From assembly GCF_009914755.1 (NCBI RefSeq), contig NC_060925.1: DNA of 64,000 bases; one strand, written 5' to 3'. The position numbers were made by a program, and so were the translations under genes. The notes under the pieces are model-generated. The model did no database searches, had not been told where the DNA came from, and worked only from the letters and a program-made list of their open reading frames with translations. This stretch comes from the human T2T-CHM13v2.0 reference genome, Homo sapiens. Positions 36,801 through 50,200 of the stretch are shown here, piece by piece; position 1 is the stretch's first letter; each line of letters starts with the position of its first letter.

Positions 36801-39782
36801 AGAATGATTCTCAGAAACTCCTTTGTGATGTGTGCGTTCAACTCACAGAGTTTAACTTTTCTTTTCATAGAGCAGTTAGGAAACACTCTGTTTGTAAAGT
36901 CTGCAAGTGGATATTCAGACCTCCTTGAGGCCTTCGTTGGAAACGGGATTTCTTCATATTCTGCTAGACAGAATAATTCTCAGTAACTTCCTTGTGTTGT
37001 GTGTATTCAACTCACAGAGTTGAACGATCCTTTACACAGAGCAGACTTGAAACACTCTTTTTGTGGAATTTGCAAGTGGAGATTTCAGCCGCTTTGAGGT
37101 CAATAGTAGAAAAGGAAATATCTTCATAGAAAAACTAGACAGAATGATTCTCAGAAACTCCTTTGTGATGTGTGTGTTCAACTCACAGAGTTTAACCTTT
37201 CTTTTCATAGAGCAGTTAGTAAACACTCTGTTTATAAAGTCTGCAAGTGGATATTCAGACCCCTTTGAGGCCTTCGTTGGAAACGGGATTTCTTCATATT
37301 ATGCTAGACAGAAGAATTCTCAGTAACTTCCTTGTGTTGTGTGTATTCAACTGACAGAGTTGAACTTTCATTTGGAAAGAGCAGATTTGAAACACTGTTT
37401 TTGTGGAATTTGCAACTGGAGATTTCAAGCGCTTTGGGGCCAAAGGCAGAAAAGGAAATATCTTCGTATAAAAACTAGACAGAATCATTCTCAGAAACTG
37501 CTGCGAGATGTGTGCGTTCAACTCTCAGAGTTTAACTTTTCTTTTCATTCAGCGGTTTGGAAACACTGTGTTTGTAAAGTCTGCACGTGGATATTTTGAC
37601 CACTTAGAGGCCTTCGTTGGAAACGGGTTTTTTTCATGTAAGGCTAGAGAGAAGAATTCCCAGTAACTTCCTTGTGTTGTGTGCATTCAACTCACAGAGT
37701 TGAACGTTCCCTTAGACAGAGCAGATTTGAAACACTCTATTTGTGCAATTTGCAAGTGTAGATTTCAAGCGCTTTAAGGTCAACGGCAGAAAAGGAAATA
37801 TCTTCGTTTCAAAACTAGACAGAATCATTCCCACAAACTGCGTTGTGATGTGTTCGTTCAACTCACAGAGTTTAACCTTTCTGTTCATAGAGCAGTTAGG
37901 AAACACTCTGTTTGTAAAGTCTGTAAGTGGATATTCTGACATCTTGTGGCCTTCGTTGGAAACGGGATTTCTTCATATTCTGCTAGACAGAAGAATTCTC
38001 AGTAACTTCCTTGTGTTGTGTGTATTCAACTCACAGAGTTGAACGATCCTTTACACAGAGCAGACTTGAAACACTCTTTTTGTGGAATTTGCAACTGGAG
38101 ATTTCAGCCGCTTTGAGGTCAATGGTAGAAAAGGAAACTATCTTCATATAAAGACTAGACAGAATGATTCTCAGAAAATCTTTTGTGATGTGTGCGTTCA
38201 ACTCACAGAGTTTAACTTTTCTTCTCATAGAGCAGTTAGGAAACACTCTGTTTGTAAAGTCTGCAAGTGGATATTCAGACCTCTTTGAGGCCTTCGTTGG
38301 AAACGGGATTTCTTCATATTATGCTAGACAGAATAATTCTCAGTAACTTCCTTGTGTTGTGTGTATTCAACTCACAGAGTTGAAGGATCCTTTACAGAGA
38401 GCAGGCTTGAAACACTCTTTTTGTCGAATTTGCAAGTGGAGATTTCAGCCGCTTTGAGGTCAATGGTAGAATAGGAAATATCTTCTTATAGAAACTAGAC
38501 AGAATGATTCTCATAAACTCCTTTGTGATGTGTGCGTTCAACTCACAGAGTTTAACCTTTCTTTTCATAGAGCAGTTAGGAAACACTCTGTTTGTAAAGT
38601 CTGCAAGTGGATATTCAGACCTCCTTGAGGCCTTGGTTGGAAACGGGATTTCTTCATATTCTGCTAGACAGAAGAATTCTCAGTAGCTTCCTTGTGTTGT
38701 GTTTATTCAACTCACAGAGTTGAATGATCCTTTACACAGAGCAGACTTGAAACACTCTTTTTGTGGAATTTGCAAGTGGAGATTTCAGCCGCTTTGAGGT
38801 CAATGGTAGAAAAGTAAATATCTTCGTATAAAGACTAGACAGAATGATTCTCAGAAACTCCTTTGTGATGTGTGCGTTCAACTCACAGAGTTTAACCTTT
38901 CTGTTCATAGAGCAGTTAGGAAACACTCTGTTTGTAAAGTCTGCAAGTGGATATTCAGACCTCCTTGAGGCCTTCGTTGGAAACGGGATTTCTTCATATT
39001 CTGCTAGACAGAAGAATTCTCAGTAACTTCCTTGTGTTGTGTGTATTCAACTCACAGAGTTGAACGATCCTTTACACAGAGCAGACTTGAAACACTCTTT
39101 TTGTGGAATTTGCAAGTGGAGATTTCAGCCGCTTTGAGGTCAATAGTAGAAAAGGAAATATCTTCATAGAAAAACTAGACAGAATGATTCTCAGAAACTC
39201 CTTTGTGATGTGTGTGTTCAACTCACAGAGTTTAACCTTTCTTTTCATAGAGCAGTTAGTAAACACTCTGTTTATAAAGTCTGCAAGTGGATATTCAGAC
39301 CCCTTTGAGGCCTTCGTTGGAAACGGGATTTCTTCATATTATGCTAGACAGAAGAATTCTCAGTAACTTCCTTGTGTTGTGTGTATTCAACTGACAGAGT
39401 TGAACTTTCATTTGGAGAGAGCAGATTTGAAACACTGTTTTTGTGGAATTTGCAAGTGGAGATTTCAAGCGCTTTGGGGCCAAAGGCAGAAAAGGAAATA
39501 TCTTCGTATAAAAACTAGACAGAATCATTCTCAGAAACTGCTGCGAGATGTGTGCGTTCAACTCTCAGAGTTTAACTTTTCTTTTCATTCAGCGGTTTGG
39601 AAACACTGTGTTTGTAAAGTCTGCACGTGGATATTTTGACCACTTAGAGGCCTTCGTTGGAAACGGGTTTTTTTCATGTAAGGCTAGACAGAAGAATTCC
39701 CAGTAACTTCCTTGTGTTGTGTGCATTCAACTCACAGAGTTGAACGTTCCCTTAGACAGAGCAGATTTGAAACACTCTATTT

Positions 39783-42700
39783 GTGCAATTTGCAAGTGTA
39801 GATTTCAAGCGCTTTAAGGTCAACGGCAGAAAAGGAAATATCTTCGTTTCAAAACTAGACAGAATCATTCCCACAAACTGCGTTGTGATGTGTTCGTTCA
39901 ACTCACAGAGTTTAACCTTTCTGTTCATAGAGCAGTTAGGAAACACTCTGTTTGTAAAGTCTGTAAGTGGATATTCTGACATCTTGTGGCCTTCGTTGGA
40001 AACGGGATTTCTTCATATTCTGCTAGACAGAAGAATTCTCAGTAACTTCCTTGTGTTGTGTGTATTCAACTCACAGAGTTGAACGATCCTTTACACAGAG
40101 CAGACTTGAAACACTCTTTTTGTGGAATTTGCAACTGGAGATTTCAGCCGCTTTGAGGTCAATGGTAGAATAGGAAATATCTTCTTATAGAAACTAGACA
40201 GAATGATTCTCATGAACTCCTTTGTGATGTGTGCGTTCAACTCACAGAGTTTAACCTTTCTTTTCATAGAGCAGTTAGGAAACACTCTGTTTGTAAAGTC
40301 TGCAAGTGGATATTCAGACCTCCTTGAGGCCTTCGTTGGAAACGGTATTTCTTCATATTCTGCTAGACAGAAGAATTCTCAGTAGCTTCCTTGTGTTGTG
40401 TTTATTCAACTCACAGAGTTGAAGGATCCTTTACACAGAGCAGACTTGAAACACTCTTTTTGTGGAATTTGCAAGTGGAGATTTCAGCCGCTTTGAGGTC
40501 AATGGTAGAAAAGTAAATATCTTCGTATAAAGACTAGACAGAATGATTCTCAGAAACTCCTTTGTGATGTGTGCGTTCAACTCACAGAGTTTAACCTTTC
40601 TGTTCATAGAGCAGTTAGGAAACACTCTGTTTGTAAAGTCTGCAAGTGGATATTCAGACCTCCTTGAGGCCTTCGTTGGAAACGGGATTTCTTCATATTC
40701 TGCTAGACAGAAGAATTCTCAGTAACTTCCTTGTGTTGCGTGTATTCAACTCACAGAGTTGAATGATCCTTTACACAGAGCAGACTTGAAACACTCTTTT
40801 TGTGGAATTTGCAAGTGGAGATTTCAGCCGCTTTGAGGTCAATGGTAGAAAAGGAAATATCTTCGTATAAAGACTAGACAGAATGATTCTCAGAAACTCC
40901 TTTGTGATGTGTGCGTTCAACTCACAGAGTTTAACTTTTCTTTTCATAGAGCCGTTAGGAAACACTCTGTTTGTAAAGTCTGCAAGTGGATATTCAGACC
41001 TCTTTGAGGCCTTCGTTGGAAACGGGATTTCTTCATATTATGCTAGACAGAAGAATTCTCAGTAACTTCCTTGTGTTGTGTGTATTCAACTCACAGAGTT
41101 GAACGATCCTTTACACAGAGCAGACTTGAAACATTCTTTTTGTTGAATTTGCAAGTGGAGATTTCAGCCGCTTTGAGGTCAATGGTAGAATAGGAAATAT
41201 CTTCCTATAGAAACTACACAGAACGATTCTCAGAAACTCCTTTGTGATGTGTGCGTTCAACTCACAGAGTTTAACCTTTCTTTTCATAGAGCAGTTAGGA
41301 AACACTCTGTTTTTAAAGTCTGCAAGTGGATATTCAGACCTCTTTGAGGCCTTCGTTGGAAACGGGATTTCTTCATATTCTGCTAGACAGAAGAATTCTC
41401 AGTAACTTCCTTGTGTTGTGTGTATTCAACTCACAGAGTTGAACGATCCTTTACACAGAGCAGACTTGAAACACTCTTTTTGTGGAATTTGCAAGTGGAG
41501 ATTTCAGCCGCTTTGAGGTCAATAGTAGAAAAGGAAATATCTTCGTAGAAAAACTAGACAGAATGATTCTCAGAAACTCCTTTGTGATGTATGCGTTCAA
41601 CTCACAGAGTTTAACCTTTCTTTTCATAGAGCAGTTAGGAAACACTCTGTTTGTAAAGTCTGCAAGTGGATATTCAGACCTCTTTGAGGCCTTCGTTGGA
41701 AACGGGATTGCTTCATATTCTGCTAGACAGAATAATTCTCAGTAACTTCCTTGTGTTGTGTGTATTCAACTCACAGAGTTGAAGGATCCTTTACAGAGAG
41801 CAGGCTTGAAACACTCTTTTTGTCGAATTTGCAAGTGGAGATTTCAGCCGCTTTGAGGTCAATGGTAGAAAAGTAAATATCTTCGTATAAAGACTAGACA
41901 GAATGATTCTCATAAACTCCTTTGTGATGTGTGCGTTCAACTCACAGAGTTTAACCTTTCTGTTCATAGAGCAGTTAGGAAACACTCTGTTTGTAAAGTC
42001 TGCAAGTGGATATTCAGACCTCCTTGAGGCCTTCGTTGGAAACGGGATTTCTTCATATTCTGCTAGACAGAAGAATTCTCAGTAACTTCCTTGTGTTGTG
42101 TTTATTCAACTCACAGAGTTGAATGATCCTTTACACAGAGCAGACTTGAAACACTCTTTTTGTGGAATTTGCAAGTGGAGATTTCAGCCGCTTTGAGGTC
42201 AATGGTAGAAAAGGAAATATCTTCGTATAAAGACTAGACAGAATGATTCTCAGAAACTCCTTTGTGATGTGTGCGTTCAACTCACAGAGTTTAACCTTTC
42301 TGTTCATAGAGCAGTTAGGAAACACTCTGTTTGTAAAGTCTGTAAGTGGATATTCTGACATTTTGTGGCCTTCGTTGGAAACGGGATTTCTTCATATTCT
42401 GGTAGACAGAAGAATTCTCAGTAACTTCCTTGTGTTGTGTGTATTCAACTCACAGAATTGAACGATCCTTTACACAGAGCAGACTTGAAACACTCTTTTT
42501 GTGGAATTTGCAAGTGGAGATTTCAGCCGCTTTGAGGTCAATGGTAGAAAAGGAAACTATCTTCATATAAAGACTAGACAGAATGATTCTCAGAAACTCC
42601 TTTGTGATGTGTGCGTTCAACTCACAGAGTTTAACTTTTCTTTTCATAGAGCCGTTAGGAAACACTCTGTTTGTAAAGTCTGCAAGTGGATATTCAGACC

Positions 42701-44201
42701 TCTTTGAGGCCTTCGTTGGAAACGGGATTTCTTCATATTATGCTAGACAGAATAATTCTTAGTAACTTCCTTGTGTTGTGTGTATTCAACTCACAGAGTT
42801 GAAGGATCCTTTACAGAGAGCAGGCTTGAAACACACTTTTTGTCGAATTTGCAAGCGGAGATTTCAGCCGCTTTGAGGTCAATGGTAGAATAGGAAATAT
42901 CTTCTTATAGAAACTAGACAGAATGATTCTCATGAACTCCTTTGTGATGTGTGCGTTGAACTCACAGAGTTTAACCTTTCTTTTCATAGAGCAGTTAGGA
43001 AACACTCTGTTTGTAAAGTCTGCAAGTGGATATTCAGACCTCCTTGAGGCCTTCGTTGGAAACGGGATTTCTTCATATTCTGCTAGACAGAAGAATTCTC
43101 AATAACTTCCTTGTGTTGTGTTTATTCAACTCACAGAGTTGAATGATCCTTTACACAGAGCAGACTTGAAACACTCTTTTTGTGGAAATTGCAAATGGAG
43201 ATTTCAGCCGCTTTGAGGTCAATGGTAGAAAAGTAAATATCTTCGTATAAAGACTAGACAGAATGATTCTCAGAAACTCCTTTTTGATGTGTGCGTTCAA
43301 CTCACAGAGTTTAACCTTTCTGTTCATAGAGCAGTTAGGAAACACTCTGTTTGTAAAGTCTGCAAGTGGATATTCAGACCTCCTAGAGGCCTTCGTTGAA
43401 AACGGGATTTCTTCATATTCTGCTAGACAGAAGAATTCTCAGTAACTTCCTTGTGTTGTGTGTATTCAACTCACAGAGTTGAACGATCCTTTACACAGAG
43501 CAGACTTGAAACACTCTTTTTGTGGAATTTGCAAGTGGAGATTTCAGCCGCTTTGAGGTCAATAGTAGAAAAGGAAATATCTTCGTAGAAAAACTAGACA
43601 GAATGATTCTCAGAAACTCCTTTGTGATGTGTGTGTTCAACTCACAGAGTTTAACCTTTCTTTTCATAGAGCAGTTAGTAAACACTCTGTTTATAAAGTC
43701 TGCAAGTGGATATTCAGACCCCTTTGAGGCCTTCGTTGGAAACGGGATTTCTTCATATTATGCTAGACAGAAGAATTCTCAGTAACTTCCCTGTGTTGTG
43801 TGTATTCAACTGACAGAGTTGAACTTTCTTTTAGAGAGAGCAGATTTGAAACACTGTTTTTGTGGAATTTGCAACTGGAGATTTCAAGCGCTTTGGGGCC
43901 AAAGGCAGAAAAGGAAATATCTTCGTATAAAAACTAGACAGAATCATTCTCAGAAACTGCTGCGTGATGTGTGCGTTCAACTCTCAGAGTTTAACTTTTC
44001 TTTTCATTCAGCGGTTTGGAAACACTCTGTTTGTAAAGTCTGCACGTGGATATTTTGACCACTTAGAGGCCTTCGTTGGAAACGGGTTTTTTTCATGTAA
44101 GGCTAGACAGAAGAATTCCCAGTAACTTCCTTGTGTTGTGTGCATTCAACTCACAGAGTTGAACGTTCCCTTAGACAGAGCAGATTTGAAACGCTCTATT
44201 T
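39783..44201 (+). repeat. 26-mer (4419-bp) HOR variant; second 26-mer at 47601-52019; 14-mer (2380 bp) at 44202-46581
   Basis: Core marker spacings of 4419, 2380, 1019 and 4419 bp. These are the longest dimer runs in the window (11 dimers between cores). Confidence 0.88.
40331..40347 (+). promoter_or_regulatory. CENP-B box with core mutation G16T; duplicate at 48149-48165
   Basis: CTTCGTTGGAAACGGTA at both sites, 7818 bp apart. Confidence 0.85.
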
Positions 44202-47200
44202 GTGCAATTTGCAAGTGTAGATTTCAAGCGCTTTAAGGTCAACGGCAGAAAAGGAAATATCTTCGTTTCAAAACTAGACAGAATCATTCCCACAAACTGC
44301 GTTGTGATGTGTTCGTTCAACTCACAGAGTTTAACCTTTCTGTTCATAGAGCAGTTAGGAAACACTCTGTTTGTAAAGTCTGTAAGTGGATATTCTGACA
44401 TCTTGTGGCCTTCGTTGGAAACGGGATTTCTTCATATTCTGCTAGACAGAAGAATTCTCAGTAACTTCCTTGTGTTGTGTGTATTCAACTCACAGAGTTG
44501 AACGATCCTTTACACAGAGCAGACTTGAAACACTCTCTTTGTGGAATTTGCAAGTGGAGATTTCAGCCGCTTTGAGGTCAATGGTAGAAAAGGAAACTAT
44601 CTTCATATAAAGACTAGACAGAATGATTCTCAGAAAATCTTTTGTGATGTGTGCGTTCAACTCACAGAGTTTAACTTTTCTTCTCATAGAGCAGTTAGGA
44701 AACACTCTGTTTGTAAAGTCTGCAAGTGGATATTCAGCCCTCTTTGAGGCCTTCGTTGGAAACGGGATTTCTTCATATTATGCTAGACAGAATAATTCTC
44801 AGTAACTTCCTTGTGTTGTGTGTATTCAACTCACCGAGATGAAGGATCCTTTACAGAGAGCAGGCTTGAAACACTATTTTTGTCGAATTTGCAAGTGGAG
44901 ATTTCAGCCGCTTTGAGGTGAATGGTAGAATAGGAAATATCTTCTTATAGAAACTAGACAGAATGATTCTCATAAACTCCTTTGTGATGTGTGCGTTCAA
45001 CTCACAGAGTTTAACCTTTCTTTTCATAGAGCAGTTAGGAAACACTCTGTTTGTAAAGTCTGCAAGTGGATATTCAGACCTCCTTGAGGCCTTCGTTGGA
45101 AACGGGATTTCTTCATATTCTGCTAGACAGAAGAATTCTCAGTAACTTCCTTGTGTTGTGTTTATTCAACTCACAGAGTTGAATGATCCTTTACACAGAG
45201 CAGACTTGAAACACTCTTTTTGTGGAATTTGCAAGTGGAGATTTCAGCCGCTTTGAGGTCAATGGTAGAAAAGTAAATATCTTCGTATAAAGACTAGACA
45301 GAATGATTCTCAGAAACTCCTTTGTGATGTGTGCGTTCAACTCACAGAGTTTAACCTTTCTGTTCATAGAGCAGTTAGGAAACACTCTGTTTGTAAAGTC
45401 TGCAAGTGGATATTCAGACCTCCTTGAGGCCTTCGTTGGAAACGGGATTTCTTCATATTCTGCTAGACAGAAGAATTCTCAGTAACTTCCTTGTGTTGCG
45501 TGTATTCAACTCACAGAGTTGAACGATCCTTTACACAGAGCAGACTTGAAACACTCTTTTTGTGGAATTTGCAAGTGGAGATTTCTGCCGCTTTGAGGTC
45601 AATGGTAGAAAAGGAAATATCTTCGTATAAAGACTAGACAGAATGATTCTCAGAAACTCCTTTGTGATGTGTGCGTTCAACTCACAGAGTTTAACTTTTC
45701 TTTTCATAGAGCCGTTAGGAAACACTCTGTTTGTAAAGTCTGCAAGTGGATATTCAGACCTCCTTGAGGCCTTCGTTGGAAACGGGATTTCTTCATATTC
45801 TGCTAGACAGAATAATTCTCAGTAACTTCCTTGTGTTGTGTGTATTCAACTCACAGAGTTGAACGATCCTTTACACAGAGCAGACTTGAAACACTCTTTT
45901 TGTGGAATTTGCAAGTGGAGATTTCAGCCGCTTTGAGGTCAATAGTAGAAAAGGAAATATCTTCATAGAAAAACTAGACAGAATGATTCTCAGAAACTCC
46001 TTTGTGATGTGTGTGTTCAACTCACAGAGTTTAACCTTTCTTTTCATAGAGCAGTTAGTAAACACTCTGTTTATAAAGTCTGCAAGTGGATATTCAGACC
46101 CCTTTGAGGCCTTCGTTGGAAACGGGATTTCTTCATATTATGCTAGACAGAAGAATTCTCAGTAACTTCCTTGTGTTGTGTGTATTCAACTGACAGAGTT
46201 GAACTTTCATTTGGAGAGAGCAGATTTGAAACACTGTTTTTGTGGAATTTGCAACTGGAGATTTCAAGCGCTTTGGGGCCAAAGGCAGAAAAGGAAATAT
46301 CTTCGTATAAAAACTAGACAGAATCATTCTCAGAAACTGCTGCGAGATGTGTGCGTTCAACTCTCAGAGTTTAACTTTTCTTTTCATTCAGCGGTTTGGA
46401 AACACTGTGTTTGTAAAGTCTGCACGTGGATATTTTGACCACTTAGAGGCCTTCGTTGGAAACGGGTTTTTTTCATGTAAGGCTAGAGAGAAGAATTCCC
46501 AGTAACTTCCTTGTGTTGTGTGCATTCAACTCACAGAGTTGAACGTTCCCTTAGACAGAGCAGATTTGAAACACTCTATTTGTGCAATTTGCAAGTGTAG
46601 ATTTCAAGCGCTTTAAGGTCAACGGCAGAAAAGGAAATATCTTCGTTTCAAAACTAGACAGAATCATTCCCACAAACTGCGTTGTGATGTGTTCGTTCAA
46701 CTCACAGAGTTTAACCTTTCTGTTCATAGAGCAGTTAGGAAACACTCTGTTTGTAAAGTCTGTAAGTGGATATTCTGACATCTTGTGGCCTTCGTTGGAA
46801 ACGGGATTTCTTCATATTCTGCTAGACAGAAGAATTCTCAGTAACTTCCTTGTGTTGTGTGTATTCAACTCACAGAGTTGAACGATCCTTTACACAGAGC
46901 AGACTTGAAACACTCTTTTTGTGGAATTTGCAAGTGGAGATTTCAGCCGCTTTGAGGTCAATAGTAGAAAAGGAAATATCTTCATAGAAAAACTAGACAG
47001 AATGATTCTCAGAAACTCCTTTGTGATGTGTGTGTTCAACTCACAGAGTTTAACCTTTCTTTTCATAGAGCAGTTAGTAAACACTCTGTTTATAAAGTCT
47101 GCAAGTGGATATTCAGACCCCTTTGAGGCCTTCGTTGGAAACGGGATTTCTTCATATTATGCTAGACAGAAGAATTCTCAGTAACTTCCTTGTGTTGTGT

Positions 47201-50200
47201 GTATTCAACTGACAGAGTTGAACTTTCATTTGGAGAGAGCAGATTTGAAACACTGTTTTTGTGGAATTTGCAAGTGGAGATTTCAAGCGCTTTGGGGCCA
47301 AAGGCAGAAAAGGAAATATCTTCGTATAAAAACTAGACAGAATCATTCTCAGAAACTGCTGCGAGATGTGTGCGTTCAACTCTCAGAGTTTAACTTTTCT
47401 TTTCATTCAGCGGTTTGGAAACACTGTGTTTGTAAAGTCTGCACGTGGATATTTTGACCACTTAGAGGCCTTCGTTGGAAACGGGTTTTTTTCATGTAAG
47501 GCTAGACAGAAGAATTCCCAGTAACTTCCTTGTGTTGTGTGCATTCAACTCACAGAGTTGAACGTTCCCTTAGACAGAGCAGATTTGAAACACTCTATTT
47601 GTGCAATTTGCAAGTGTAGATTTCAAGCGCTTTAAGGTCAACGGCAGAAAAGGAAATATCTTCGTTTCAAAACTAGACAGAATCATTCCCACAAACTGCG
47701 TTGTGATGTGTTCGTTCAACTCACAGAGTTTAACCTTTCTGTTCATAGAGCAGTTAGGAAACACTCTGTTTGTAAAGTCTGTAAGTGGATATTCTGACAT
47801 CTTGTGGCCTTCGTTGGAAACGGGATTTCTTCATATTCTGCTAGACAGAAGAATTCTCAGTAACTTCCTTGTGTTGTGTGTATTCAACTCACAGAGTTGA
47901 ACGATCCTTTACACAGAGCAGACTTGAAACACTCTTTTTGTGGAATTTGCAACTGGAGATTTCAGCCGCTTTGAGGTCAATGGTAGAATAGGAAATATCT
48001 TCTTATAGAAACTAGACAGAATGATTCTCATGAACTCCTTTGTGATGCGTGCGTTCAACTCACAGAGTTTAACCTTTCTTTTCATAGAGCAGTTAGGAAA
48101 CACTCTGTTTGTAAAGTCTGCAAGTGGATATTCAGACCTCCTTGAGGCCTTCGTTGGAAACGGTATTTCTTCATATTCTGCTAGACAGAAGAATTCTCAG
48201 TAGCTTCCTTGTGTTGTGTTTATTCAACTCACAGAGTTGAAGGATCCTTTACACAGAGCAGACTTGAAACACTCTTTTTGTGGAATTTGCAAGTGGAGAT
48301 TTCAGCCGCTTTGAGGTCAATGGTAGAAAAGTAAATATCTTCGTATAAAGACTAGACAGAATGATTCTCAGAAACTCCTTTGTGATGTGTGCGTTCAACT
48401 CACAGAGTTTAAACTTTCTGTTCATAGAGCAGTTAGGAAACACTCTGTTTGTAAAGTCTGCAAGTGGATATTCAGACCTCCTTGAGGCCTTCGTTGGAAA
48501 CGGGATTTCTTCATATTCTGCTAGACAGAAGAATTCTCAGTAACTTCCTTGTGTTGCGTGTATTCAACTCACAGAGTTGAATGATCCTTTACACAGAGCA
48601 GACTTGAAACACTCTTTTTGTGGAATTTGCAAGTGGAGATTTCAGCCGCTTTGAGGTCAATGGTAGAAAAGGAAATATCTTCGTATAAAGACTAGACAGA
48701 ATGATTCTCAGAAACTCCTTTGTGATGTGTGCGTTCAACTCACAGAGTTTAACTTTTCTTTTCATAGAGCCGTTAGGAAACACTCTGTTTGTAAAGTCTG
48801 CAAGTGGATATTCAGACCTCTTTGAGGCCTTCGTTGGAAACGGGATTTCTTCATATTATGCTAGACAGAAGAATTCTCAGTAACTTCCTTGTGTTGTGTG
48901 TATTCAACTCACAGAGTTGAACGATCCTTTACACAGAGCAGACTTGAAACATTCTTTTTGTTGAATTTGCAAGTGGAGATTTCAGCCGCTTTGAGGTCAA
49001 TGGTAGAATAGGAAATATCTTCCTATAGAAACTACACAGAACGATTCTCAGAAACTCCTTTGTGATGTGTGCGTTCAACTCACAGAGTTTAACCTTTCTT
49101 TTCATAGAGCAGTTAGGAAACACTCTGTTTTTAAAGTCTGCAAGTGGATATTCAGACCTCTTTGAGGCCTTCGTTGGAAACGGGATTTCTTCATATTCTG
49201 CTAGACAGAAGAATTCTCAGTAACTTCCTTGTGTTGTGTGTATTCAACTCACAGAGTTGAACGATCCTTTACACAGAGCAGACTTGAAACACTCTTTTTG
49301 TGGAATTTTCAAGTGGAGATTTCAGCCGCTTTGAGGTCAATAGTAGAAAAGGAAATATCTTCGTAGAAAAACTAGACAGAATGATTCTCAGAAACTCCTT
49401 TGTGATGTGTGCGTTCAACTCACAGAGTTTAACCTTTCTTTTCATAGAGCAGTTAGGAAACACTCTGTTTGTAAAGTCTGCAAGTGGATATTCAGACCTC
49501 TTTGAGGCCTTCGTTGGAAACGGGATTGCTTCATATTCTGCTAGACAGAATAATTCTCAGTAACTTCCTTGTGTTGTGTGTATTCAACTCACAGAGTTGA
49601 AGGATCCTTTACAGAGAGCAGGCTTGAAACACTCTTTTTGTCGAATTTGCAAGTGGAGATTTCAGCCGCTTTGAGGTCAATGGTAGAAAAGTAAATATCT
49701 TCGTATAAAGACTAGACAGAATGATTCTCATAAACTCCTTTGTGATGTGTGCGTTCAACTCACAGAGTTTAACCTTTCTGTTCATAGAGCAGTTAGGAAA
49801 CACTCTGTTTGTAAAGTCTGCAAGTGGATATTCAGACCTCCTTGAGGCCTTCGTTGGAAACGGGATTTCTTCATATTCTGCTAGACAGAAGAATTCTCAG
49901 TAACTTCCTTGTGTTGTGTTTATTCAACTCACAGAGTTGAATGATCCTTTACACAGAGCAGACTTGAAACACTCTTTTTGTGGAATTTGCAAGTGGAGAT
50001 TTCAGCCGCTTTGAGGTCAATGGTAGAAAAGGAAATATCTTCGTATAAAGACTAGACAGAATGATTCTCAGAAACTCCTTTGTGATGTGTGCGTTCAACT
50101 CACAGAGTTTAACCTTTCTGTTCATAGAGCAGTTAGGAAACACTCTGTTTGTAAAGTCTGTAAGTGGATATTCTGACATTTTGTGGCCTTCGTTGGAAAC

